Origin: an uncultured Staphylococcus sp.
Lineage (GTDB): Bacteria; Bacteroidota; Bacteroidia; Bacteroidales; Muribaculaceae
Length of the DNA stretch: 64,000 nt
Assembly (NCBI GenBank): GCA_964554195.1
Contig: CAZKNK010000001.1
Location: 18,174-82,173, forward strand
Direction: 5' to 3'
Below are positions 28,874-37,456 of the stretch, one piece after another. The notes under the pieces are model-generated. The model searched no databases. It was given only the letters and a program-made list of their open reading frames with translations, and had not been told where the DNA came from. Positions within the stretch are counted from its first letter, which is position 1, and each line of letters starts with the position of its first letter. The position numbers and the translations under genes were made by a program.

Positions 28874-31800
28874 ATGAAAAAGAATTTCTTTGTCGCTGCC
28901 CTCGTGGGACTTGCAGCAGTATTCTCGGTTTCCGCCGAAGTACTGACTCCCTACGTGGAACAGTTTGAAAACCCGACCGAACGTCCTAAAGGATGGCTTC
29001 GCGGAGGTGCATCAAGCTACTCGCTCGCCACCTTCACACTCAGCTCCGAAGGCGGACATTCAGGCGGTTACATTTCCGTAAATCAGAGCAGTAACTATTA
29101 CAGCTCGTATTACAACAACTATGGTTACAATGACCTCCTCATCACTCCCGCTGTAGAAGGTGAAGTGAGTATCTGGGTACGTAAGAACGGTTCTGAACCG
29201 ACACTTACATTCTTCCGCATCCCCGATGTGGCCAACATTCCCACCTACGCAAGTGACTTTGTCCGTCTCGGTGAGACAGGTCTTAATCTCGTAGAAGGTC
29301 TTACGATAGATGACTGGACTCAAGTGACTGTTCAGGATGTTCCGGCCGGCACTAATATCGGTATCCGCGCCCACAATCTCGACCTCGATGAATTCACAGC
29401 CACATCAGCCAACGTGGCCTACCGTGCCTCACTACTTATTTCTGTTAAAAACGAGTCCGGAGGTACCACTCTTACAGCCGGAGAGGATAAGAATGTGACA
29501 TTCAAGTTCTCTGTAACGGTTGAAAACGACGGTGACGTTGACTTCCCCGCATCCGATCCCGGTATTCTCGTATCACTCTACAACCACTCAGCTGAAGATG
29601 CAGTGTTCGGAACCGGCTACATCACCGAAGCAATCAACTGCGGACAGACCGTCAGCAAACTCTTTGAGTTTACCGGCGAACCGGTAGTTGCTCCCAACAC
29701 ATCGTCAAACAGCTACTATGTAAGCGTTCAGGTAGCTGAAAACAACAAAATCGAAACTTCACTCGGATGGTTCACCGTGATTCCTTACGTTCCCGCGCCC
29801 AAACTGATGTTCTTCGAGTCAAACTCAGCCAACCAGAGCAGCTACAACGATGTCAACATCACCGATGTCATTGCTATCGGAGCAGGCGCAGCCGGAACCT
29901 CACGCACCCTCTGCATGTGGAATCAGGGTACCGCACCCATGACCGTTACGGCAATCAATCTCCCCGAAGGATTCACCACCGACGCTCAGCCATTCACCCT
30001 TGAATCAAACGAGAAAAAAGAAATCACCATCTCGCTTGCAGGTGAACCCGGATTCAAGACCGGCACACTGACATTCGTTGAATCCACACTCGGCGACGTC
30101 AACTATGAGCTTGCAGGTCTTGTCACAGCTGAAGGTGACTATGCCGAAGATTTTGAAGGCGAACTCACTCCCGAAGGAATGGTAATCGGCAAAAACTGGG
30201 GCATCAAGGCTGTTCCTGAAGCCCTCAAACCCCTTGCAGGTGAAAAATACATAGAATGTAGCTCATCTTACACTGACCGCTTCATCACTCCTCTGCTCTC
30301 GTTTGACGAAGGTGGCAAGCTCTACTTCATGGCAACAAAGAGCGACAACACCGGCGCAAAACTCAACATCTACACCTCAACCGACCGTGTCAACTGGACT
30401 CTCGTTAAGGAAATCCGTCCCTCTGACTCCACCGAAGCCGACAGCCGTTTCAATGTCGACAAACCCACCGGATCAGGCTACGGAACATACGAATTCAAAA
30501 TCTTCAGCATCGACATGCCCGCAGGCAACTCATACGTGGCATTTGAAGCAGGTGGTGCAAGAGTTGACAACATCCACGGCGGTAAACTCGTCGACGTGGC
30601 CCATGACCTCTATGTAGTGTCGGCAGGTCTGCCTGACGCCGCTGCTGTCAACACCCGCTACATCACCAACATCACCCTCCGCAACCTCCTCTCAAAAGTT
30701 GAAAATGACTATGCCGTAATCCTCGAAGTCAACGGTGAGGAAGTGGCTCGTGCTGCCGAGACTCCCGAACTCACTCAGGGCGCCGAAGCAACCTACGATC
30801 TCCGCTACACCCCCCATGCTGAAGGCACCTTCAACGGTGAATTCGTATTCATTTCCGGCACCGACCGAGTGGTTCTCAGCTCATTTGAGTTCACCGTAGG
30901 CGAAGAGAAGGCCGAAGCCGTCTATCAGGTAGGTGACGTCAAAATCACCGGTACCGACCCCCTCAACACCTACTACTGCGCACAGGGTCAGATAATTTAT
31001 CGCGCTGACCAGCTCGGAATGGACACCGGAGTCAAGATCACCGGCTTCTCGTTCAACGGTTACAACACCGCCTTACTGAAAAAGAACGTGAAAGTTTGGA
31101 TTGAGAACACTACCGACGAGGCTTACGATCCCGCAAACATCGTGGCTGCCGACAAAGAAAACATGACTCTCGTCTTTGACGGAGAATATGAGTTCCCCGT
31201 CGTTGGTGACAGCTACAGCAAGACCTACGAACCCGTGTTCGTTATCCCCTTCACCACCCCCTTCACATACGAAGGCGGCTCAATCCGAATCATGATTGAC
31301 CAGCGCGACCTCACCGAAGGAGCTGACAATCACAACGTGTTCATCACGGTCGACAACAGCGTATATGACTACTGGAACGACATCTATGACAACCGCGTGA
31401 TCACCAACAAGAAGGAATTTGCCGAGGACCTCGACGACGAACCTTCATGGTCAATCTACCGCGCCGGCTACCCCGTAACCTACTTCAACGTGGCTAAGGA
31501 TGTAGTCGTTGCAAAAGGAACCGTCACCGACGACTTCGGCGCTCCCGTTGAAAACGCTTGGGTGAAGTTCACCTCTGACGATATTCTCTACCAGGCCTAC
31601 ACCACAGCCGACGGTCAGTATTCAATGAACATCGTCAACGTCAACCTCCCCTACGAACTCACTGCCGAAGCAGAAGGATATGACACCTACACCAAGCCCG
31701 ACGTAACCTTCACAGCCGAGCAGCCCGAAGCTGTCAACGACATCCTTCTCCTTTACACCGACCGCACAGCCGAACTGTCAGGCCACGTCTACAACTCGCT

Positions 31801-32236
31801 TGACAACAATGCACCCCTCGCCGGCGTGGAAGTATCTCTCACTTCAGGCGACACCACCGTTTCAGCCGTGACCGATGATTTCGGAAACTACTCAGTAACC
31901 GTTCCCGAATTCACCTCCACATACGACATCGACCTTAAGATCGCAGGCGAAAACGTAGGCCGTCTCGAAGGCTACACCTTCGCTTCCAAAGCCGAAACCA
32001 AAGACTTCAACGTAGCTCACTCCGCTCTCGCCGGCATTAGCGCTGAAGCTGAGACCGTAGTAACCGTCAGCGGCCACAACGTCACCGTTACGGCCCCCGC
32101 CGGTACACCCGTTGAAATCTATAACATGACAGGTGTCAAGGTTGCATCTTCACTCAGCGAAGGCAAAGCCGTCACCTTCGGACCTCTCGCTTCAGGCATC
32201 TATGTTGCAGCCGGCCACAAGATCGTGGTCCGCTGA
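28874..32236 (+). CDS. Large secreted multidomain surface protein (Ig-like, adhesin-like and carboxypeptidase-regulatory-like domains, T9SS-type C-terminus)
   Basis: Signal peptide; EQFE/EDFE...LITP modules; GTVTDDFGAPVENA and LSGHVYN...PLAGVEVSL repeats; IYNMTGVKV...GIYV...KIVVR. Confidence 0.8.
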   Translation: MKKNFFVAALVGLAAVFSVSAEVLTPYVEQFENPTERPKGWLRGGASSYSLATFTLSSEGGHSGGYISVNQSSNYYSSYYNNYGYNDLLITPAVEGEVSIWVRKNGSEPTLTFFRIPDVANIPTYASDFVRLGETGLNLVEGLTIDDWTQVTVQDVPAGTNIGIRAHNLDLDEFTATSANVAYRASLLISVKNESGGTTLTAGEDKNVTFKFSVTVENDGDVDFPASDPGILVSLYNHSAEDAVFGTGYITEAINCGQTVSKLFEFTGEPVVAPNTSSNSYYVSVQVAENNKIETSLGWFTVIPYVPAPKLMFFESNSANQSSYNDVNITDVIAIGAGAAGTSRTLCMWNQGTAPMTVTAINLPEGFTTDAQPFTLESNEKKEITISLAGEPGFKTGTLTFVESTLGDVNYELAGLVTAEGDYAEDFEGELTPEGMVIGKNWGIKAVPEALKPLAGEKYIECSSSYTDRFITPLLSFDEGGKLYFMATKSDNTGAKLNIYTSTDRVNWTLVKEIRPSDSTEADSRFNVDKPTGSGYGTYEFKIFSIDMPAGNSYVAFEAGGARVDNIHGGKLVDVAHDLYVVSAGLPDAAAVNTRYITNITLRNLLSKVENDYAVILEVNGEEVARAAETPELTQGAEATYDLRYTPHAEGTFNGEFVFISGTDRVVLSSFEFTVGEEKAEAVYQVGDVKITGTDPLNTYYCAQGQIIYRADQLGMDTGVKITGFSFNGYNTALLKKNVKVWIENTTDEAYDPANIVAADKENMTLVFDGEYEFPVVGDSYSKTYEPVFVIPFTTPFTYEGGSIRIMIDQRDLTEGADNHNVFITVDNSVYDYWNDIYDNRVITNKKEFAEDLDDEPSWSIYRAGYPVTYFNVAKDVVVAKGTVTDDFGAPVENAWVKFTSDDILYQAYTTADGQYSMNIVNVNLPYELTAEAEGYDTYTKPDVTFTAEQPEAVNDILLLYTDRTAELSGHVYNSLDNNAPLAGVEVSLTSGDTTVSAVTDDFGNYSVTVPEFTSTYDIDLKIAGENVGRLEGYTFASKAETKDFNVAHSALAGISAEAETVVTVSGHNVTVTAPAGTPVEIYNMTGVKVASSLSEGKAVTFGPLASGIYVAAGHKIVVR

Positions 32237-32267
32237 TTCTGACCCCAACATCAAAACCACTTAAACC

Positions 32268-32307
32268 CAGTGCGGTGAGCCATCCGGCCCACCGCACTGA
32301 TTTTTTT
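32268..32307 (+). terminator. Rho-independent terminator
   Basis: cagtgcggtg...caccgcactg plus T7, between convergent genes. Confidence 0.8.
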
Positions 32308-32327
32308 GTTCGCTGAGATTTATCCCG

Positions 32328-32786
32328 TCAGTTCTCCCCGAAACTCTTGTTACCGATGTGATGTCCGGTAAGCTCCTCCAGAAAGTCAAGACGCATGATA
32401 GTGAGGACATTGCGCGTATAGTCGCGCAGCAGGCTCTTGTAATGAGTCACATCCTTATGGTTTGAGCGTGTGATGCGTTCCCACAAAGTGCGTGTCTCCG
32501 CTGCTTTGTGAGCAGCCTCAATTTCCTCCATATCATTTTCGGTCAGCAGCTTGCGCAACTTTACCTCCTCAAGGACCAGAGGCTCTCCCTTAAATTCATC
32601 AGGGGCGTACTGCTTCCAAAGGCCCTCAAGATAAGCCCGATACTCGGCTTCAATCACACCGGGCAAGTCCTTTGTAAACTTCCCAATGCTTTCCGGCCGC
32701 TCCATAGCTGCCTCCCGGACAATATCACCAAAATATTTTGCAATCAGTTCTCGCTCCTGGCTTATACATAGTTCTTCTATACTCAT
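32328..32786 (-). CDS. Hypothetical helical protein
   Basis: 152-aa ORF 18 bp downstream of comM on the same strand. Confidence 0.65.
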   Translation of the reverse strand: MSIEELCISQERELIAKYFGDIVREAAMERPESIGKFTKDLPGVIEAEYRAYLEGLWKQYAPDEFKGEPLVLEEVKLRKLLTENDMEEIEAAHKAAETRTLWERITRSNHKDVTHYKSLLRDYTRNVLTIMRLDFLEELTGHHIGNKSFGEN

Positions 32787-32804
32787 AATACATTATTTCT
32801 AAAA

Positions 32805-34358
32805 TTACTTGATTGTGGTGGCGCCCCATGTGGAACGGTCGAGGGTGCGGTAGGAGACGGCCTCGCGGATGTGGTGTGGGAGGATGTCGGGCGAGGCATC
32901 GAGGTCGGCTATGGTGCGCGCCACTTTCAGGATTCGGTCATAAGCGCGGGCGCTCATGTCAAACCGTTCCATAGCGGCCTGAAGAATCTTCATGGCTTCC
33001 GGAACAGGACGGGCATAGACGGCAAGCTGCCGCGAGGTCATCTGCGCGTTGCAGTGTATGGATTTCTCGCCGGCAAAGCGGGCTGTCTGGATGGCGCGGG
33101 CCTTGATGACGCGCTCACGTATGGCCGCCGACGGCTCACCTCCCTGCCGGCTCTGAAGTTCGCCGACAGGCACCGGCAGAATCTCGACATGCAGGTCAAT
33201 GCGGTCAAGAAGCGGTCCTGATATGCGGCTAAGGTATTTGTTGACCTGTCCGGGCAGGCAGCTGCACTCGCGGGTGGGGTGAGTGTAGTAGCCGCAGGGG
33301 CATGGGTTCATCGAGGCCACGAGCATGAACCCGGCCGGATAGTCAATGGTGTAGCGGGCGCGGGCTATAGTTATGTGACGATCCTCGAGCGGCTGACGCA
33401 TCACTTCAAGCACCGAGCGTGTGAATTCAGGAAACTCGTCCAGAAACAGCACCCCGTTGTGGGCCAGAGAAATCTCTCCCGGCATGGGATTTGACCCGCC
33501 GCCTACGAGCGCAACGGGTGAGATGGTGTGATGTGGCGAACGGAACGGTCGCGATGTCATGAGCCGCGAACCGCTCTTGAGTTTGCCGGCCACAGAGTGG
33601 ATTTTGGTGGTTTCCAGTGCCTCGGCAAGCGTGAGCGGCGGCAGAATTGTGGGCAGCCGCTTGGCCATCATTGACTTTCCTGCACCAGGAGGACCTATGA
33701 GCAGAATGTTATGACCGCCGGCACATGCCACCTCAAAGGCGCGTTTGACCGTCTCCTGTCCTTTCACATCCGAAAAGTCAACATCAAAATCGCTCACGGC
33801 GCTGAAAAACTCCTCGCGCGTGTTTACCACCGTCGGTTCAATCTCCGCCTCCCCGGTCAGGAATTCAATTACCTGCCGGAGACTTGTCACGCCATAGACA
33901 TTAAGATTGTTAACCACCGCGGCCTCGGGCGCATTGGCTTCAGGCACAATCATGCCGTCAAACCCGAGACTTCGGGCCATAATAGCCATAGGCAGGGCGC
34001 CACTGATTGGTAACACTGACCCGTCAAGCGAAAGTTCGCCCATAATGAGCCAGCGAGTCAGGTCAACCGTCGGGCTTATAGAGCATGACGCAGCGAGAAT
34101 CCCCACGGCGATAGGCAGATCGTATGCCGCCCCCTCCTTGCGCACATCAGCCGGCGACATGTTCACAAGCGTGTGGGCGCGAGGAAAGTGAAATCCGCTT
34201 TGTGTCACTGCCGAAACCACGCGCTGATAGCTTTCCTTGACAGCCGCATCGGGCAGTCCGACGATGCAGAACATAGCACCACGCTCCACTGACACCTCTA
34301 TAGTGACGCGGATGGCGTCAATTCCCTGTACGGCTGCGCCGTTGGTTTTCTGTAACAT
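32805..34358 (-). CDS. comM: ComM/YifB Mg-chelatase-like AAA+ ATPase (intact)
   Basis: IVGLPDAAVKES, YDLPIA, GPPGAGKSM, RPFRSPHH, GEISLAHNGVLFLDE, MNPCPCG, SGPLLDRID, SARAYDRILKVARTIADL. Confidence 0.95.
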   Translation of the reverse strand: MLQKTNGAAVQGIDAIRVTIEVSVERGAMFCIVGLPDAAVKESYQRVVSAVTQSGFHFPRAHTLVNMSPADVRKEGAAYDLPIAVGILAASCSISPTVDLTRWLIMGELSLDGSVLPISGALPMAIMARSLGFDGMIVPEANAPEAAVVNNLNVYGVTSLRQVIEFLTGEAEIEPTVVNTREEFFSAVSDFDVDFSDVKGQETVKRAFEVACAGGHNILLIGPPGAGKSMMAKRLPTILPPLTLAEALETTKIHSVAGKLKSGSRLMTSRPFRSPHHTISPVALVGGGSNPMPGEISLAHNGVLFLDEFPEFTRSVLEVMRQPLEDRHITIARARYTIDYPAGFMLVASMNPCPCGYYTHPTRECSCLPGQVNKYLSRISGPLLDRIDLHVEILPVPVGELQSRQGGEPSAAIRERVIKARAIQTARFAGEKSIHCNAQMTSRQLAVYARPVPEAMKILQAAMERFDMSARAYDRILKVARTIADLDASPDILPHHIREAVSYRTLDRSTWGATTIK

Positions 34359-34391
34359 GATTCTAAACGGTTTATTCAGTTCACAATCTCA

Positions 34392-34799
34392 TCATCGCGT
34401 GTCAGCCGATGGACGGGTGAGGCGGTCGGTCACCTGCTCGACGGCTTGCTCGGCCACCGGACCGCGATAAAGCTGACGTCCGGCGGAATCAACGGCGATA
34501 AAGAGCGGCAACCGACTGATCGCAAGATTTCGGATGGAAGGATTAGCCGTTCCGCCCATAAGCCAACCTTGCTTCCAGTGAGCGCTGTCAGTGGCAATGC
34601 GGCTTCGCCACAAGGCACTGTCAGGATCAACCGAGATTTCAAATATCTCAAGCCTACGCTCCGGATACTCGGCCCGCAGCCGGCGCATCAGCCACCGCAA
34701 GGATTGATCATCAAGCATATTTCTTCCTTTACGAACCCTCTCATAATCCTTGTTCGAATGAGGCTGGAATATCCATATTTCTTTCTCATTAATATTCAT
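34392..34799 (-). pseudogene. Chimeric ORF: AT-rich foreign N-terminus fused in frame to a duplicated 3' end of the DUF4369-like gene
   Basis: RRLRAEYPERRLE...RQLYRG is identical to the protein of 37457..38512; the first ~33 codons are unrelated AT-rich sequence. Confidence 0.7.
34462..34687. repeat. 226-bp exact direct repeat, copy 1
   Basis: Identical to 37542-37767 (offset 3080 bp); partial similarity continues from about 34411 to about 34700. Confidence 0.97.
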
Positions 34800-34865
34800 A
34801 GATTTTACTTTGTGAAAAATTAATAAACAACCGGATATAAGGTTTGACCCAATATGGAAATGTCA

Positions 34866-35351
34866 TTATTCCCAAAGGTGCAAACTCCATGGAATTATGT
34901 TATCTGTGTGATTCATTTCTGATTCCTTCAGACCAAAATTCCTCATCGCCTTTTCGTATTCATCTTTTTTTGTATATTCATGTAATTCATAATTATCTGC
35001 CGGATCAAATGATGAAGTTTTTAGAATTTTAATTATACAATAGCTAATTAATTTTTTGTTATCACGATCAATACATTTTACTACAATATACCTGCAATTC
35101 CATAAGATTTGGGAGGGAACAGCTCCCAAATTAATACCGCAAAAACCTTCTTCTGAGGTATTCTGAGAATAATACAGACCCGGCAAAGGTTTGCCGTTAG
35201 ATGACATAGCCATTGTTTCCACTAAATAGAAATTTGTATCACCTATACGTTTATACTGCATAATATCTCCATACCCTAATGCTACCAACAAGACCAATAT
35301 AGGGATTAGTGCTATTACTAATAAGAATTGTTTAACGATATTCTTTTTCAT
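34866..35351 (-). CDS. Membrane-anchored putative immunity protein (possibly DUF3997-like)
   Basis: N-terminal hydrophobic anchor; 4-bp overlap with the toxin gene stop; ILWNCRYIVVK...YCIIK...EYTKKDEYEK pattern. Confidence 0.6.
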   Translation of the reverse strand: MKKNIVKQFLLVIALIPILVLLVALGYGDIMQYKRIGDTNFYLVETMAMSSNGKPLPGLYYSQNTSEEGFCGINLGAVPSQILWNCRYIVVKCIDRDNKKLISYCIIKILKTSSFDPADNYELHEYTKKDEYEKAMRNFGLKESEMNHTDNIIPWSLHLWE

Positions 35352-36376
35352 TTAGGTGTTCTCTTTACATAAAATTGATAAGTATTTCCAAATTCTTTTC
35401 CTTGACTACGTCTGTGATTACCTATATAGTGAATATGGTATCCAAGAGATGTTATGCTCTTTGAATCAGTTACTACATTATTAATGTATTGCCCATCTTT
35501 GCTACTATATCCATCGTATCGATACGTACCGATGAATTGCATCGGGCTTGTTAGGCTTGCATGCCATGGAAAGAATTCTCGCCTACCAACATTTGTGTAT
35601 TTTCCATTTATGCCCCTTGATCGTATTATATTTTGATTATCTTTCACAAAGTCCTCGTTCATTACAACTTGTGTATATGGGTGATCTTCTAACAAAACAG
35701 AGAATTCTGGGCCTGAACCGCTTACAAACTCATCAAAAAAATCCCACCCTCGTTCTTTAGATCTTATTAAACCACCTTTATCATTAGGTGCAATATCGAA
35801 AGTAAAGCCATTACTATAAAGACTCTCCATTCCTAAACCATCTTCACCACACAAAATATTATTAATAATTTCTTCGAATTCACCCAAAACGCTACCCTTC
35901 TCTCCAATATAGGTAAAACCCTCTCTTACTGCATTTCCATCAAACCATGTATAATAGGACGTCTCATCGTTTTGATACCAATCCATTCCTGAAGGATCAA
36001 TCCTGTTTATCGGATTTCCTCCACAATAACTGTATGGACTAAGATGATGATAACTCTCGGCATGTGGATCAACTGTTGTAAACATAGCCTTTGTAGTTTC
36101 ACTTATGCTCTCTTGAAGATAAATATGGCCAGCAATATCGTATAGCGTGGCAATTCCTTTCTCAAAATTGAAATCTACAAAATATTTGACCTCATCGTCT
36201 TTTTTAATTTGTACACGATATATGTTGCAAATGTATTCTGGCGTTGCTTCAAGTATGACTGAGCTGTCTCCAAACATAGCATAGGGACTCTTAGCATAAA
36301 CCGTAATATCTATTCCAAATAATACAAGAATTCCAAATAATACTTGAAGTGATTTTGTTAGTGATTCTATTTTCAT
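35348..36376 (-). CDS. Signal-peptide protein with Rhs repeat-associated core motif and unknown C-terminal (putative toxin) domain; no YD repeats
   Basis: FTTVDPHAESYHHLSPYSYCGGNPINRIDPSG|MDW matches the Rhs core PxxxxDPxG autoproteolysis motif, only about 100 aa from the start. Confidence 0.85.
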   Translation of the reverse strand: MKIESLTKSLQVLFGILVLFGIDITVYAKSPYAMFGDSSVILEATPEYICNIYRVQIKKDDEVKYFVDFNFEKGIATLYDIAGHIYLQESISETTKAMFTTVDPHAESYHHLSPYSYCGGNPINRIDPSGMDWYQNDETSYYTWFDGNAVREGFTYIGEKGSVLGEFEEIINNILCGEDGLGMESLYSNGFTFDIAPNDKGGLIRSKERGWDFFDEFVSGSGPEFSVLLEDHPYTQVVMNEDFVKDNQNIIRSRGINGKYTNVGRREFFPWHASLTSPMQFIGTYRYDGYSSKDGQYINNVVTDSKSITSLGYHIHYIGNHRRSQGKEFGNTYQFYVKRTPK

Positions 36377-36382
36377 AATTCA

Positions 36383-37441
36383 TTATTTTGAACCATTTTC
36401 AATCTTCTTCAACGCATTTTCTACACTTTGCTCATATTCTTCATCTGTCTGCTGCGAATATCCAAGATTATCGAGAATGTTTATCATTCGCTGATACTCA
36501 GAGTAATTATTATCAGCATAAGAAGTTCGGATATTTCCATATTTGATTTGGAATGCAAGACCTAATCGTTGATGAACGCATAATTTCAAGACAAGTGCAT
36601 CGCAGAAGGTAGGTAGTACTTTCAGCACCTCTTCCGCACATCGCAAGGGAAAGTAGTCCCATAAGTTGTATTTCTGTTGATACGCTTTTCCTAATTGCGT
36701 TATCATAAAGGCAATATTCTCAGTCTCAGATAATGCAGTAAGGAAAACTCCATTACGTATTGCCTCTGTTGAAATTTTGTGCGTTTGTATCATCCATTCA
36801 TCTCGGACTAAGTGACCGTTTGTAAGTTCAATGTTTATCCATTTCCCATCTTCACCTATATGTTTTATATATACGTGCCTTGGAGCAAATGCAAGTGATG
36901 ACTGTCCACCAAGTTCATCACAAAGAATTTTATAATACAATGGTAATGATGTACATTGACCTGTGTGGGTTTTCATTACCTTCGTGATAAAGAGTTTTCT
37001 AAAATCTTCCCTTCCTGTAAAATCTTCAAAGTCATAACTAAAGGCTTTATTACCATTCATAGGACATGGCTTTGTGAAATATTCAAACAGAGCATAGTTT
37101 GCAGCGGTCTTATATTGCTGTATATTATTTACTTTTATAAATCGCTTTAATACAAAAGCAACACTATCTATATCATGACAGTATTTGGAATAGTCCATCA
37201 ACCCTCCGGAATATGCCCATTCTACCATAAACTCAGCCCTTTTTAAGGAGTAAGGTTTTTCACCAACAAGCATTTTTTTGAGTTCATCAAGTCCATCAAG
37301 AAAAGCTCTGTCCTTTACCATATAAGGAATAGTATCATAAGATATATCCTCCATACGATCAAAGTAGATAGTGTCATTTGTGCTTGCTGAGGTTTTGTTT
37401 ACCACAAGCATCAATAATATGATTAGTAGTAATTTATACAT
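36383..37441 (-). CDS. Secreted transglutaminase-like (Transglut_core2/SirB1-like) protein
   Basis: Signal peptide; GQCTSLPLYY...APRHVYIK...NIELTNG gives a candidate Cys-His-Glu triad; helical C-terminus. Confidence 0.7.
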   Translation of the reverse strand: MYKLLLIILLMLVVNKTSASTNDTIYFDRMEDISYDTIPYMVKDRAFLDGLDELKKMLVGEKPYSLKRAEFMVEWAYSGGLMDYSKYCHDIDSVAFVLKRFIKVNNIQQYKTAANYALFEYFTKPCPMNGNKAFSYDFEDFTGREDFRKLFITKVMKTHTGQCTSLPLYYKILCDELGGQSSLAFAPRHVYIKHIGEDGKWINIELTNGHLVRDEWMIQTHKISTEAIRNGVFLTALSETENIAFMITQLGKAYQQKYNLWDYFPLRCAEEVLKVLPTFCDALVLKLCVHQRLGLAFQIKYGNIRTSYADNNYSEYQRMINILDNLGYSQQTDEEYEQSVENALKKIENGSK

Positions 37442-37456
37442 ATTCCTATATGATAG

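Larger units (their letters stand above)
34700..37456 (-). mobile_element. AT-rich acquired cassette without recombinase (transglutaminase-like + mini-Rhs + putative immunity), bounded by direct repeats
   Basis: Abrupt shift to AT-rich composition between the repeat copies; three tightly coupled genes; boundaries approximate. Confidence 0.75.

Noticed and set aside
32805-34358. comM interrupted by a mobile element (a known hotspot)
   Set aside because: The comM reading frame is intact; the insertion lies upstream of it.
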